61,890 nucleotides of DNA from Nitrosotalea sp. (GCA_023251295.1 JAHEYZ010000001.1:1-61890), one strand, 5' to 3'; counted from the stretch's first letter, positions 43,046 through 52,410 are shown. Notes: generated from the sequence alone by a model not told the origin. Translations and numbers: made by a program.

Positions 43046-43480
43046 TTATCCTTTTATTTTTTTAAATTCCTTTCTTTCTTTCTGAAATGATTTTGCCATC
43101 TCCAATACATTTGTTAAATCAGGCATATTGATTTTTGATTCCTTCAATCTTTTTTCAATTTCATTTACATCCAAGTTTGCTACCGTATCTCTGAATCCGC
43201 TATCCAGATTTCTTAAATCTTCAAATGCCTTACTTGACATTTTTCCACCCATCGCCTGTGTAATGCCAGTTGCAATGCTACCTATTACATTATATTTTGA
43301 ATCAATAATTGATTTTTCAATATCAAGCCATTCTTCATACGATAAACTTGGACAGTTTTGTGATCTAATATATTCTGCCAATGCTGTAATTTGTTTTGGT
43401 TCAAGACTTTTTGCTGTCTGTGATGTATGTAGTACAGTTTCAACAAAGATCCAAAATTCCCGATCCGTTTTAAATGGCAT
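43046..43480 (-). CDS. Hypothetical protein
   Basis: ORF track, 144 aa. Its start overlaps the integrase stop by 1 nt. Confidence 0.65.
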   Translation of the reverse strand: MPFKTDREFWIFVETVLHTSQTAKSLEPKQITALAEYIRSQNCPSLSYEEWLDIEKSIIDSKYNVIGSIATGITQAMGGKMSSKAFEDLRNLDSGFRDTVANLDVNEIEKRLKESKINMPDLTNVLEMAKSFQKERKEFKKIKG

Positions 43481-44871
43481 TAAATTATTTCAATTTGTTC
43501 TTGTTTATTAGTATTGACTTTGAATCTTTCATCTTGTAATTTTTCGCGATCATCTTTTGAAAGATTATAATACAAAACTGCGTGTCTAATTGTACAGAAT
43601 CTTCTGTAATTTGGATCTTTTTCATCTGGTGGATTACACAGATCACATATTCCCTGCATTAAGATTGAGTCAAGTGATTGTTTTGCATAAACTTTCAATG
43701 TGTCTGGTTTTTCCCAAAATAAGTTAGAAACTGTTTCAGCTCTTTCACCTGTGATTCTCATAAGCCAGTGGACACATGAATGTCTGATCGAATGGGATGG
43801 ATTTGTTACTAGATAGTATTGTTCCGAGTTTTGTTCGTATTGTTCTTGCTGTATTGGATTGGCTGATATTCTTCCAATATATGCAAATAATTCTCTTAGT
43901 TTTTGATTGTATTCCTCTTTTCCTTTTCTGATATTTGTATATGAATGAATTTTCTGTCCACTTTTTAGATTTTTTACAATCTCTTTAGCCTGTGGTGAGA
44001 TGATTAATTTTTCATACTGCATGTTTTGTTTCTTTTCCATCACGTATGCCTTGTAATATTCACATGTTCTTCCTTCTATCTTTGTAATTTTTCTTTCGAA
44101 CATCGGTTTAAACTTGAATAGTGTATCCATTCTTAGTCCTAACTCATGCTGGATTACAAATAGATTCAATAATGATTGTGATATTCTCTGGAAAAACTTT
44201 ATTCCAATAATTCTTTCTCTGTCTGAAAGTCTGATATTTGCATATACGTTTGATTTGTTAGATTCTACAAGTAAGCTCCCATCTGGTATCTGCTTTCCAT
44301 TTCTTTTTATGAATGATCTTATCGCTTCAATATAATGTGCTGGATTTGATTGTGATAGTTTTGCTGGATCTCTTGCTTTTTTTACATCCTTTATGTAGAA
44401 TGTTTTACCCTCTCTGAACAATTTTACAAATTCATCAACTAATGGTTCAACCTCATAAATGTCTTGAAGGAATGCATTTGGATTGACATCCAGTGTCTTA
44501 CAAATTTTCCAGAAATTAACTACATAAAAACTGAGGTATTGGATGTTTGATCTTTTCATAGATTCTACCCATCTCTTTACACTTGGTATCTGGGCAAATT
44601 CTGTTTTGGAAATATCCTCATAGGTTTTTACCATGCGTTCATTCTGCGATTTTACTATGTGTCCAGTGTCAGATTTTTCTAACTTGCCATCAATTACCAG
44701 TTCCTTTTGAACACTGTAAACTTTAGATATTGATCTGTTTGTCAGGTCTGCGATTTCCTTCTTGGTCTTTCTATTTGGTGGAAGAGTTAGCTCCAAGACC
44801 TTCTCTTTCAGTAACTTGTGAGCTTCCTCACCATCGATTTTTCTATTATCCCAAGGCAATAATGTTGACAT
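43480..44871 (-). CDS. Tyrosine recombinase / integrase (intact)
   Basis: Box I is HELGLRMDTLFKFK and box II is HSIRHSCVHWLMRITGERAETVSNLFWEKPDTLKVYA (R...HxxR...W...Y). Confidence 0.8.
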   Translation of the reverse strand: MSTLLPWDNRKIDGEEAHKLLKEKVLELTLPPNRKTKKEIADLTNRSISKVYSVQKELVIDGKLEKSDTGHIVKSQNERMVKTYEDISKTEFAQIPSVKRWVESMKRSNIQYLSFYVVNFWKICKTLDVNPNAFLQDIYEVEPLVDEFVKLFREGKTFYIKDVKKARDPAKLSQSNPAHYIEAIRSFIKRNGKQIPDGSLLVESNKSNVYANIRLSDRERIIGIKFFQRISQSLLNLFVIQHELGLRMDTLFKFKPMFERKITKIEGRTCEYYKAYVMEKKQNMQYEKLIISPQAKEIVKNLKSGQKIHSYTNIRKGKEEYNQKLRELFAYIGRISANPIQQEQYEQNSEQYYLVTNPSHSIRHSCVHWLMRITGERAETVSNLFWEKPDTLKVYAKQSLDSILMQGICDLCNPPDEKDPNYRRFCTIRHAVLYYNLSKDDREKLQDERFKVNTNKQEQIEII

Positions 44872-44872
44872 T

Positions 44873-45139
44873 CTACATTTCCTCTTCTATTTCCTCGTCA
44901 TTAATATCTGGTGGTTGTGGTTGTACTTCATCTGGATCAATTATTTTTGATGTCTTTGCTCTTTGCTGTTGTGGTTGTTGTACTTGTTGTGGTTGTGGTT
45001 GTTCTTCAACCTCATCATCTTCTTCTTGTTGTTCATAAGTCTGCATAGGCTGTGGCTGTGGGTTTATATCAGTTCTGACATTAAAATGAATCACGCCAAA
45101 TCCTACAAACCTTTTCATTATTTCCTGTCCTCTTGTCAT
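44873..45139 (-). CDS. Acidic Q/P/E-rich low-complexity protein
   Basis: Contains PQPQPMQTYEQQEEDDEVEEQPQPQQVQQPQQQ. Confidence 0.5.
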   Translation of the reverse strand: MTRGQEIMKRFVGFGVIHFNVRTDINPQPQPMQTYEQQEEDDEVEEQPQPQQVQQPQQQRAKTSKIIDPDEVQPQPPDINDEEIEEEM

Positions 45140-45204
45140 CAGTTTTTCTTGTAGTTCTTCTGGGTCAATACTTTCCCATAATATTATGTCATAATATACT
45201 CTAG

Positions 45205-45393
45205 TTATACACTTTCACCCCCTCTAGTTTTTTTCAATTCTTGAACACCTTTCAAGCATTCTTTTTCTGGTCTGATAGTCAGACAGTTTTCACAATACTG
45301 TACATTTGGTTTTGGTTTTAACCAGTCATGCTCTTTCATATATCGAAGTGAAAATGTCAATCCCAAGCATTTTTTGCAATAGAATTTTGACAT
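45205..45393 (-). CDS. Zinc-ribbon protein
   Basis: Contains CKKC...CENC. A class-B motif lies immediately upstream. Confidence 0.6.
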   Translation of the reverse strand: MSKFYCKKCLGLTFSLRYMKEHDWLKPKPNVQYCENCLTIRPEKECLKGVQELKKTRGGESV

Positions 45394-45404
45394 TATTACT
45401 CATT

Positions 45405-45432
45405 CTGTGTACGTTATAATAATATTAAAACG
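45405..45432 (-). promoter_or_regulatory. Class-B promoter motif (minus strand TTATTATAACGTACACAG)
   Basis: GTACACAG ends 14 nt upstream of the ATG at 45393. Confidence 0.55.
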
Positions 45433-45448
45433 TGTTTATATGATATAA

Positions 45449-48400
45449 CTATCCGAAAAGGCTTTCATCAAACAAAGGATTTTCGCCCTTCTTTAATTTT
45501 GATCTTGTTTTGGCTACTTGACCACCGCCACCGAAATAACTTTCAGAAATATTTCGCCTTGGTGATTTTCCCAACACATCTGACACTTCGAATATTTCAC
45601 GTTCACTCTGTACCTGAACTCCTAGTCCTCTCTCTACCCTTCCAAATGGTGTCTTAGCAACATCATATACAGTGAAATATTTTCTTGATCGTTGTGATAA
45701 TCCTTCACCTTCATTTCCACCACCACCAAATATGAATCCCCCACCTCTTGGTGGTTTACCTCTTGCTGGTGTTTCTTCTGGAAATCCAAAAATTTGTTCC
45801 TCTCTTAATCTTTGTCGCTGTACTGGTGTTTGAACTGTCCTTCCTCTGGTTACTGTAGGTGTTTCTGTTTTAAATAATTCATCATATCTATACTGTTCCC
45901 TTGCTTTTACACTTGGAATTTGTTTTTGTCCAGTCTGACCTTTTTGTCTTGGTAATTGTGATGATACTTGTGCATTTTCAAAAAACAAGTCTTCTTGTTG
46001 TCCAGTGAATCCTTTTTGTCCTGTATCTGCTGTTACCTGTGGTATCAATCCTGCACTAATTCCTGCCGAAGTTCCAAATCCTGCAAGTGGTAATAACCCA
46101 CCACGAATCTTTCCTTTTGGTTTTGGAAATTTTTCTTTTCCAAATCCTCTAAGTTCTTCTGGTAATCCTTCTTCCCCTGCTTTTGCTTTTCCTTTGAACT
46201 TTGGTGGTCTTTCTTCTGCCTTACCAATTGATTTTAATCCCTTACCTCTAGGTGGTTGTAATTCTTCCAATACCTGTGCTGATCTTGTTCCCTTTGTTGT
46301 TTTGCTTCCTTCACCAAATTCACCAAACTCACTTGCACTTCTCTCTGCTTTTGTCGCTTTTGTTGCTTTACCAACCTCTCCTGACTCTTCACCAAATATT
46401 CTTGTGACTCTTGATAAATCATCTGATGGTGCTGTTGGGTTTATTCTTGCTCTTCCACCTTTTGTTTTTTCTACAAATCCACCAATACCTTCACCGAGTC
46501 TTACTGTTGTCGCTCTTCCACCCCTCGCAATTATTCCTTCAACTGATGTTTTTCCTAAACCAACAAATGGAAAACCAATATCAGCCTGTCCTACTGGCAA
46601 GTCTTGAATTGGTGTTCTTGATAATCCCAATCTTTGCAATTCTGGATTATTTATTTCTTTGATAGCTTTTTGTTCTCTAAATAATCTTGTATTGTCTGTA
46701 CCTGCTTCTTGTATTCTTTCTAATGGATCAATTCTACTTGTAGGTGATTTTATTCTTGATGGTGCTTTTGCACCTCTTGGTAGTTCTTGCGCAAATGCTC
46801 TTTCATTTGCAAATGCTTGTGCATAATCTGTTTCTTGTGGTTTTGCTGGTCTTATTTTTCCTCTTGGTTTTGAAATAGTATATGGTTCTTCTGATGTGAA
46901 TGCCCGTTCTCTAGCAAATGATCTTTCATAATCTTCCTCTGTTGGTTTTGGTGGTCTGCTCTTTAATTTTTCAGTTTTAGTTGCACTAGGTAATTTTGAT
47001 TCATAGAAACTTGCTGGGTTAATATCTTCACGAAATGTTTGACCTAATCTTATTTCTGCTTGTGTTGCTCTTGTTTGCAATGAACCAACTTTTCCTGCAA
47101 CTGTCTTTGGTACAGCTTTAACAGCAGTCTTTACACCTGTTAACGCTTTTCCTAAACCACCGATTGTCTTTACACCTAATGAACCAGCTTTGTAAATTCC
47201 TGCTGGTAAGAATAAAATTGCCTGTGCTGTTATATCTCCTGCTGAGTATGCTGGTCGTTCCTTGATAGTTTTTCCTGCACCTTCAAAGCCTTTTCTTGCC
47301 TCTTCTGTAAATGAACCCTGTCCAGTAGCTTGTTTGATAGCTCCACCAATTGTTCCTGCAAATACTTGTTCAGATGGAGTTTGGAATGTTGGTCTTTCTT
47401 CTATCTGTCCTTGTGAAACAAATGAACCAAAGTTTTGTATATTAATTAATTCATTCTGTAATGATTCACCAAACCCTGTTCCATATTCTGATACTTGTTT
47501 GACTGCGCCTTTAACTCCTGTTTTCTCTCCTAATGTATTAATAAATTCGCCTGTTCTTGAAGTGTCTTTGTAACTTCCACTTGGGCTAAATGGATTGTAG
47601 TTTTTCTTTGGTTCTGGTGGTGGCGGTGGAATTGTTTTTCCTTTTGCTGTTTTTTGAACTGACTGGTATTCTTCTGCATAGGCTTCTGGTATTATTGATC
47701 CGCCAAAAATTGATGCTTGGTTAATTTTTCCCGCAGGTGCGTTTCCTGCGTATGGATTTGTACCTGAATACAATCCTTTTGTAGTTTTTCTTTCTGGTGG
47801 TGGTGGCGGTGGTAACTGTTCTTGTTCTCCACTAATCAATGATGCTGGTGTAAGGAATGGAATACCGCCAATTGATTGAGGTGCTTCTGTCTTTTTTGGT
47901 TTTTGAGGGCCTTGAATCGGTTTTTGTGATACCTGACCTAACGGTTTGTTTGCAGTTACAATTATCTGTCCTGTTGGTTTTGATGGTGGCTGGTATCCAA
48001 ATGATTCGTAAATTGAAAAGTCTGGTTCATTCAGTCTTTTTTGAACTTCTGCTCTTCCTTCTGTTGTTTTTAATGCACCTCTTGTAGATTCTCTTTCTAA
48101 TCCAAAGCTTTCAAATCCTGCTGAACCTATACCACCAACTGTTCCACTTACTCTTCCTAATTCATCCTTATACTCAAATGGTAGAACGCCTTTTGTTTTT
48201 CCAAAATTTGTGATTATTGTTGGTTCTTTTATTTGTCCAGCTTGTTTTGCTTCTAAAAATTTAATTCCTAATTCTGGACTTCCTTTATTATCTGCTGGTC
48301 TTACATTCAATGGTTTTACTATATCTGCTTGTACTACATTTAATGCTCTGAATGTGTCTTGTTCTCTTCTTGTTTCAAGGTTTAGTCCTTTTTCCAGACC

Positions 48401-49633
48401 TGTTGCTGGTGTTACTTGTCGTGTTGTAACTTTTCCAGTTAATGGGTCAACTACCTTTTGAGTTTTTCCAATCTGTTCGTTTCTTCCAAGGATTTGATCT
48501 TCTTGTAGTCTTTCAATTGCCAATGATCCTACTGTCTGTTGTTGTGGGCTTCCACCTCTCTGTTCAAGCAATATTTGTTTTCTTGATTCCTTGTTTGGTT
48601 CTGGTAAAATTCCTTGTAGTGGTAATTCTTTTCGTGAATATGTGCTTGTTTTTTCTGCGGTTGAAATTCCACCGATGAATGATGGGCCACCAACTTCAAC
48701 ATTTTTTGTAATCTGTTGTCTTTGTGCTGGTGGATTTGTTATTGGATTGGATACAATTCCTTCTGCACTTGTCGCTCTTGCAAGTACATCTGGATATTTT
48801 TCTTTAGCTTTTTGCTGTGCTTTTGTTGTCGCTTCCTTTTGTGCAAACTCTGACCCAAATCCACCGAATGGTAAACTTTTTGCAATTTGTACTTGTTCTT
48901 TTAATGCTTGTTGTTGGGATTCTTTTGATTGAAATCCACCAAACTCTGTAGTGATTCCTTTTCCTGATTTTGGTGCTGGTTGTGCGTATGCTTGTTGTGG
49001 TTTTGCAATATTTGTAATAGCTTTTACTTGTTCCTCAATTGAACTGAATCCACCAAATAGTCCTTGCTGTTGTAATTTTTGCTGGTTCTTTTGTGTTTCT
49101 TGAATTACTGCTTGTCTTGCTGGTTCACTTGCTTGTATTGATTGCTGTCTTGTCAGTTGTGCGGAATCAACATATCTTGTTGGTACTGCAATTGATGAGA
49201 TCTTTGGTGCTGGTGCTGAAACTCTTATTGGTGGTGGTGGAGTATATGCCCTTCCTGTTACTATCGGTGATGGTTTTGATACTGAGGAAATTAGTGGTGC
49301 TGGTGCTGAAACTCTCACTGGTGTTGGAGTTGTTACTTTTGGTGGTGTTGTTGCCTTTCCACCACTAGGGCCAGTTTTTATTGCTTGCGCTCTTGTCTGA
49401 CTTGCTGTTCTTTGTGGTGTAAAACTTGTTGGTTGTACTACTGGATTTCTTGCAGAACTAGGGCCACTAATTATTGCTTGCGCTCTCTGTGAACCTGTTG
49501 GAGTTGAAGGTTTTGGTGGTGGTGCTGAAACTTTGACTGGTGCTGGCGCTGAAACTCTTACTGGCGTGACTGATGCGCTTGGTGATGCGCCAGATTTTCT
49601 GCCTGTTGGTGTTAAAGATTTACCCTGTGCCAT
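45449..49633 (-). CDS. 1394-aa low-complexity (P/G/Q/K/T/S-rich) protein with internal repeats; probable structural or matrix-type protein
   Basis: Has PVRVSAPAP-type repeats (x4 in the first 160 aa), RAQAI(I/K)xGPS x2, FGG(F) motifs x5, PPPPP runs, and duplicated ...P(K/Q)(P/E)T(E/D)(ED)Y..(S/A)FA.ERAF... Ends in ...NPLFDESLFG. Confidence 0.85.
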   Translation of the reverse strand: MAQGKSLTPTGRKSGASPSASVTPVRVSAPAPVKVSAPPPKPSTPTGSQRAQAIISGPSSARNPVVQPTSFTPQRTASQTRAQAIKTGPSGGKATTPPKVTTPTPVRVSAPAPLISSVSKPSPIVTGRAYTPPPPIRVSAPAPKISSIAVPTRYVDSAQLTRQQSIQASEPARQAVIQETQKNQQKLQQQGLFGGFSSIEEQVKAITNIAKPQQAYAQPAPKSGKGITTEFGGFQSKESQQQALKEQVQIAKSLPFGGFGSEFAQKEATTKAQQKAKEKYPDVLARATSAEGIVSNPITNPPAQRQQITKNVEVGGPSFIGGISTAEKTSTYSRKELPLQGILPEPNKESRKQILLEQRGGSPQQQTVGSLAIERLQEDQILGRNEQIGKTQKVVDPLTGKVTTRQVTPATGLEKGLNLETRREQDTFRALNVVQADIVKPLNVRPADNKGSPELGIKFLEAKQAGQIKEPTIITNFGKTKGVLPFEYKDELGRVSGTVGGIGSAGFESFGLERESTRGALKTTEGRAEVQKRLNEPDFSIYESFGYQPPSKPTGQIIVTANKPLGQVSQKPIQGPQKPKKTEAPQSIGGIPFLTPASLISGEQEQLPPPPPPERKTTKGLYSGTNPYAGNAPAGKINQASIFGGSIIPEAYAEEYQSVQKTAKGKTIPPPPPEPKKNYNPFSPSGSYKDTSRTGEFINTLGEKTGVKGAVKQVSEYGTGFGESLQNELINIQNFGSFVSQGQIEERPTFQTPSEQVFAGTIGGAIKQATGQGSFTEEARKGFEGAGKTIKERPAYSAGDITAQAILFLPAGIYKAGSLGVKTIGGLGKALTGVKTAVKAVPKTVAGKVGSLQTRATQAEIRLGQTFREDINPASFYESKLPSATKTEKLKSRPPKPTEEDYERSFARERAFTSEEPYTISKPRGKIRPAKPQETDYAQAFANERAFAQELPRGAKAPSRIKSPTSRIDPLERIQEAGTDNTRLFREQKAIKEINNPELQRLGLSRTPIQDLPVGQADIGFPFVGLGKTSVEGIIARGGRATTVRLGEGIGGFVEKTKGGRARINPTAPSDDLSRVTRIFGEESGEVGKATKATKAERSASEFGEFGEGSKTTKGTRSAQVLEELQPPRGKGLKSIGKAEERPPKFKGKAKAGEEGLPEELRGFGKEKFPKPKGKIRGGLLPLAGFGTSAGISAGLIPQVTADTGQKGFTGQQEDLFFENAQVSSQLPRQKGQTGQKQIPSVKAREQYRYDELFKTETPTVTRGRTVQTPVQRQRLREEQIFGFPEETPARGKPPRGGGFIFGGGGNEGEGLSQRSRKYFTVYDVAKTPFGRVERGLGVQVQSEREIFEVSDVLGKSPRRNISESYFGGGGQVAKTRSKLKKGENPLFDESLFG

Positions 49634-49721
49634 TAAATCAACTCATCCGAAAAGTCTTCTGGATTTGATTTTACAATGAATGTTTTGCCTTTACCTAACT
49701 TAATTTTAGTTGATGTAAATG

Positions 49722-49970
49722 TCATCCGAATATCTTCCTCTTGATATTACGACCTAAAATTCCTGCATCATAAGCAAATTCATCTGCTGAAAAAACTTCT
49801 AATGCACCTGTTGGTGTTTCTGGTACATCTTCAATTCCTACTGGTTCTGTTTCAATTCGTCTTACAATTTTTACAACTCTTCTTGTTTCTGGCACACCCT
49901 TGTCAAGCAGTCTTCTATCTATTGCGTTTCCCCTTGGATCTAAAACATTTGGTTTTTTTCTATAACTCAT
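49722..49970 (-). CDS. Hypothetical protein
   Basis: ORF track, 82 aa. Confidence 0.6.
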   Translation of the reverse strand: MSYRKKPNVLDPRGNAIDRRLLDKGVPETRRVVKIVRRIETEPVGIEDVPETPTGALEVFSADEFAYDAGILGRNIKRKIFG

Positions 49971-50168
49971 TTTGTCTTACCCCAATGTATTTTTCTAAAG
50001 TCTGATTTGCACTGCTTGTTGCTCAGTGCAATTGCAAAAGGATTTAGTTGGTTATTTTCTGGTCTAGATTTATTAGATCTTTTGATACCAAAAATTATCT
50101 TTTCACATGATTCTGGAAATCTTTTACCCACTATTCATTACACCTTTCATTTTTATGGTACTCAGGGG

Positions 50169-50184
50169 GTTTAATAAAAGAAAA
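50169..50184 (-). promoter_or_regulatory. Class-A-like promoter motif (GTTTAATAAAAGAAAA)
   Basis: Read directly. Lies upstream of the block leading into the 1394-aa gene. Confidence 0.5.
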
Positions 50185-50200
50185 CTCATGATCTCTAGAG

Positions 50201-50791
50201 CTATACATCGCATTTTGGACACTTTATCTTTTCATCCTTTCCAAATCTCAGGAATGAATCACATCTTTTGCATTTGACATCCATCTGTTCCTCATCTGGA
50301 ATCCAAACTCTAAATCCCTTGATCTTGACATGTTTCTTTATTAAGCTCAGTTTGGCATCTTCTTCAATTGGTTCTAATGCCAATGCAAGATATTTTGCTG
50401 GAATCTCATAAACTGTTTCCCTGTATTTTATTTCAAGTATTGTTTTAATACTATCATGACCATTTACAAAAACTTCATTGATTTTCTTTCCTTCTGATCT
50501 GATCTCAACGTTTAATGCATCCATTGGAAACATGTTCCAATCTCTAAGAAAATTATGATGCTGTCTTACTCCAAATTTTAATACTCTGCTTAGCCATGTA
50601 TTTTTCAAGAGTTTTACAAGCGGTTTTTTACAGCATGAACAGATATTTCCCTGAATAGTTTGTACGTGGGCATTACATTTTTTGCAGAAATCAAGCTTTA
50701 ATGTAGGTGAATGTATTGAATGATGTATTCCTCTACACCCGTTCTGCTTCCTCATTCTCTTAATTTGTTGTACAGTCTGCTCAACAAGCAT
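50201..50791 (-). CDS. Multi-zinc-ribbon protein
   Basis: Contains CKKCNAHVQTIQGNICSCC and CKRCDSFLRFGKDEKIKCPKC. Confidence 0.7.
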   Translation of the reverse strand: MLVEQTVQQIKRMRKQNGCRGIHHSIHSPTLKLDFCKKCNAHVQTIQGNICSCCKKPLVKLLKNTWLSRVLKFGVRQHHNFLRDWNMFPMDALNVEIRSEGKKINEVFVNGHDSIKTILEIKYRETVYEIPAKYLALALEPIEEDAKLSLIKKHVKIKGFRVWIPDEEQMDVKCKRCDSFLRFGKDEKIKCPKCDV

Positions 50792-51156
50792 TAGTAGTCA
50801 CTCCCAAATCCTTCGCCACCACCGCCACCTCTATTGAGTAATCCACCAGCTATCTGTCTTCTTACTTTTGGGTCATTGACTTTGATCTCGGATTTGTGAG
50901 TTGTGAGCATTGAAAGCATTGCACCTTTAATTGATGTTGTTGAAATTAATGCCCGTTCAAGAATTTCCTTTGCTTCATCAGCTACATCTTGCATTGACTC
51001 AGGAAGTGTTTCTTTTACTGCTGTAATCATTTCAATTTTTTGAACTACCTGAGGCAAATGTTTAGGGCCGACTAATGTTCGATAAAGTAACCTGTCTTTG
51101 TCTTTACCTGATGAAGATGTGATAAGACCTAGAACCGACCTAATTTCCTCTGACAA
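50791..51156 (-). CDS. Hypothetical protein with Gly-rich C-terminus (TTG start)
   Basis: ORF track. Ends in LLNRGGGGGEGFGSDY. Confidence 0.6.
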   Translation of the reverse strand: MSEEIRSVLGLITSSSGKDKDRLLYRTLVGPKHLPQVVQKIEMITAVKETLPESMQDVADEAKEILERALISTTSIKGAMLSMLTTHKSEIKVNDPKVRRQIAGGLLNRGGGGGEGFGSDY

Positions 51157-51265
51157 TTATAGCTCTTCTCCCATTTGGTTACTCAATAGTGGTCTAATAC
51201 TAGATTATTTAAATCTGGTTGTCAGTTGTTTTTATATTAGACCAACAATTCTTGACCTTTTGCTC

Positions 51266-51700
51266 TCAATTTGTTGGGAATGACAGTCTTACTACGAATA
51301 ACTGGTATAATGCTACGCCAATTGCTACAGCAAGCATACCATATCCAATTATTTGTGCTTCTTCTGAAAATCCCTGTGTAAACATCGCGGCCAATGCCAC
51401 GCCTACCATTGCAACAAGCATTGTATTTGAAACTCTCAGCCATAGTATTCCAATGATTATTGCCCAGATTGCTACCAAAGTAAAATCACCTAATGTTGCT
51501 TGATATGGTACAATCATTGTATCAAATGGTCTTTCAAAGAAATCACAAGTTCCTAATTCAAAACATTCTGGGTCGCTAGGGCCGAATGCTGATGCTGATA
51601 AAACATATCCTGTAATTCCAAAAATCAGATAAAATGATACAGAACTTAATAATCCAATTCTAAGACACTGATCCAATTTTATTTTTGTCCTGTTTTTCAA
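51266..51700 (-). CDS. Four-TM membrane protein (TTG start 29 nt below the TATA centre)
   Basis: Contains LLSSVSFYLIFGITGYVLSA, FTLVAIWAIIIGILWL, MLVAMVGVALAAMF and IIGYGMLAVAIGVALYQLFVV. Confidence 0.7.
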   Translation of the reverse strand: MKNRTKIKLDQCLRIGLLSSVSFYLIFGITGYVLSASAFGPSDPECFELGTCDFFERPFDTMIVPYQATLGDFTLVAIWAIIIGILWLRVSNTMLVAMVGVALAAMFTQGFSEEAQIIGYGMLAVAIGVALYQLFVVRLSFPTN

Positions 51701-51721
51701 TGTTTTCTCTTACTTGATGGA

Positions 51722-51737
51722 CTTTAATAAAAGAAAA
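51722..51737 (-). promoter_or_regulatory. Class-A-like promoter motif (CTTTAATAAAAGAAAA)
   Basis: Read directly from the sequence. Confidence 0.55.
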
Positions 51738-52409
51738 CTATCCACCGAATAGTTTACTTAAAAAGAATATCATTCCTGCTGGTTCTGGATGGGTTAGTTG
51801 CCCAAAGTAATTACCTGCTTCTCTGATCCATTTTGGTGCATTTTGCATAAATGCCAGAGCTACAATTGCTATTACAACCATAATCATAACTGGTATCCCA
51901 GCTTTCAATGATGGATGTAAGGAGTCTATCGCCTTTTTCCCTTCCTGACATACTTCATTTAATCTCTTTATTGAAACTGGATTGTATGCCCGATAATATG
52001 GCAGGAATTTTTCTGTATCAATATCTATAGCCTTATGTTTTGTCATTATTGAGATGAATCTGAACATCTCCCAAATATCCTTAAAATCAATATCCTCAAT
52101 TTCTGGATAAATTGCTTGGAGTTCCTTCTTGATTTGCATATAGTTTCCCTTCCTATAGCATTTTTTTACGTTTTTAACCACGTTTTTTGGAATTATTGAT
52201 CCATGAGAATTATAAATTGAAAGTGGCTGTTTGTTGTATCTATATTCACTCTCAGAATCATATTCAAATATGCCAAATTCATTTATAAAAAATTCCCTCA
52301 TTCTTTCAATCCTTCTGAATTTTAAATAATTCTTTCTTGTAATTATTATTGCAAGTGGGCCACCATACCATAGAAGACCCAATTCATGGAAATCAACTTT
52401 GCTTGCCAT
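51738..52409 (-). CDS. Protein with soluble N-domain and C-terminal TM anchor(s)
   Basis: Contains GIPVMIMVVIAIVALAFM and AGMIFFLSKLFGG. Confidence 0.7.
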   Translation of the reverse strand: MASKVDFHELGLLWYGGPLAIIITRKNYLKFRRIERMREFFINEFGIFEYDSESEYRYNKQPLSIYNSHGSIIPKNVVKNVKKCYRKGNYMQIKKELQAIYPEIEDIDFKDIWEMFRFISIMTKHKAIDIDTEKFLPYYRAYNPVSIKRLNEVCQEGKKAIDSLHPSLKAGIPVMIMVVIAIVALAFMQNAPKWIREAGNYFGQLTHPEPAGMIFFLSKLFGG

Positions 52410-52410
52410 T

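Noticed and set aside
45449-49633. Tape-measure protein of a tailed virus
   Set aside because: I could not recognise any terminase, portal, HK97 capsid or tail genes. The protein is Pro/Gly-rich and looks disordered, rather than being the long alpha-helical type typical of tape-measure proteins.
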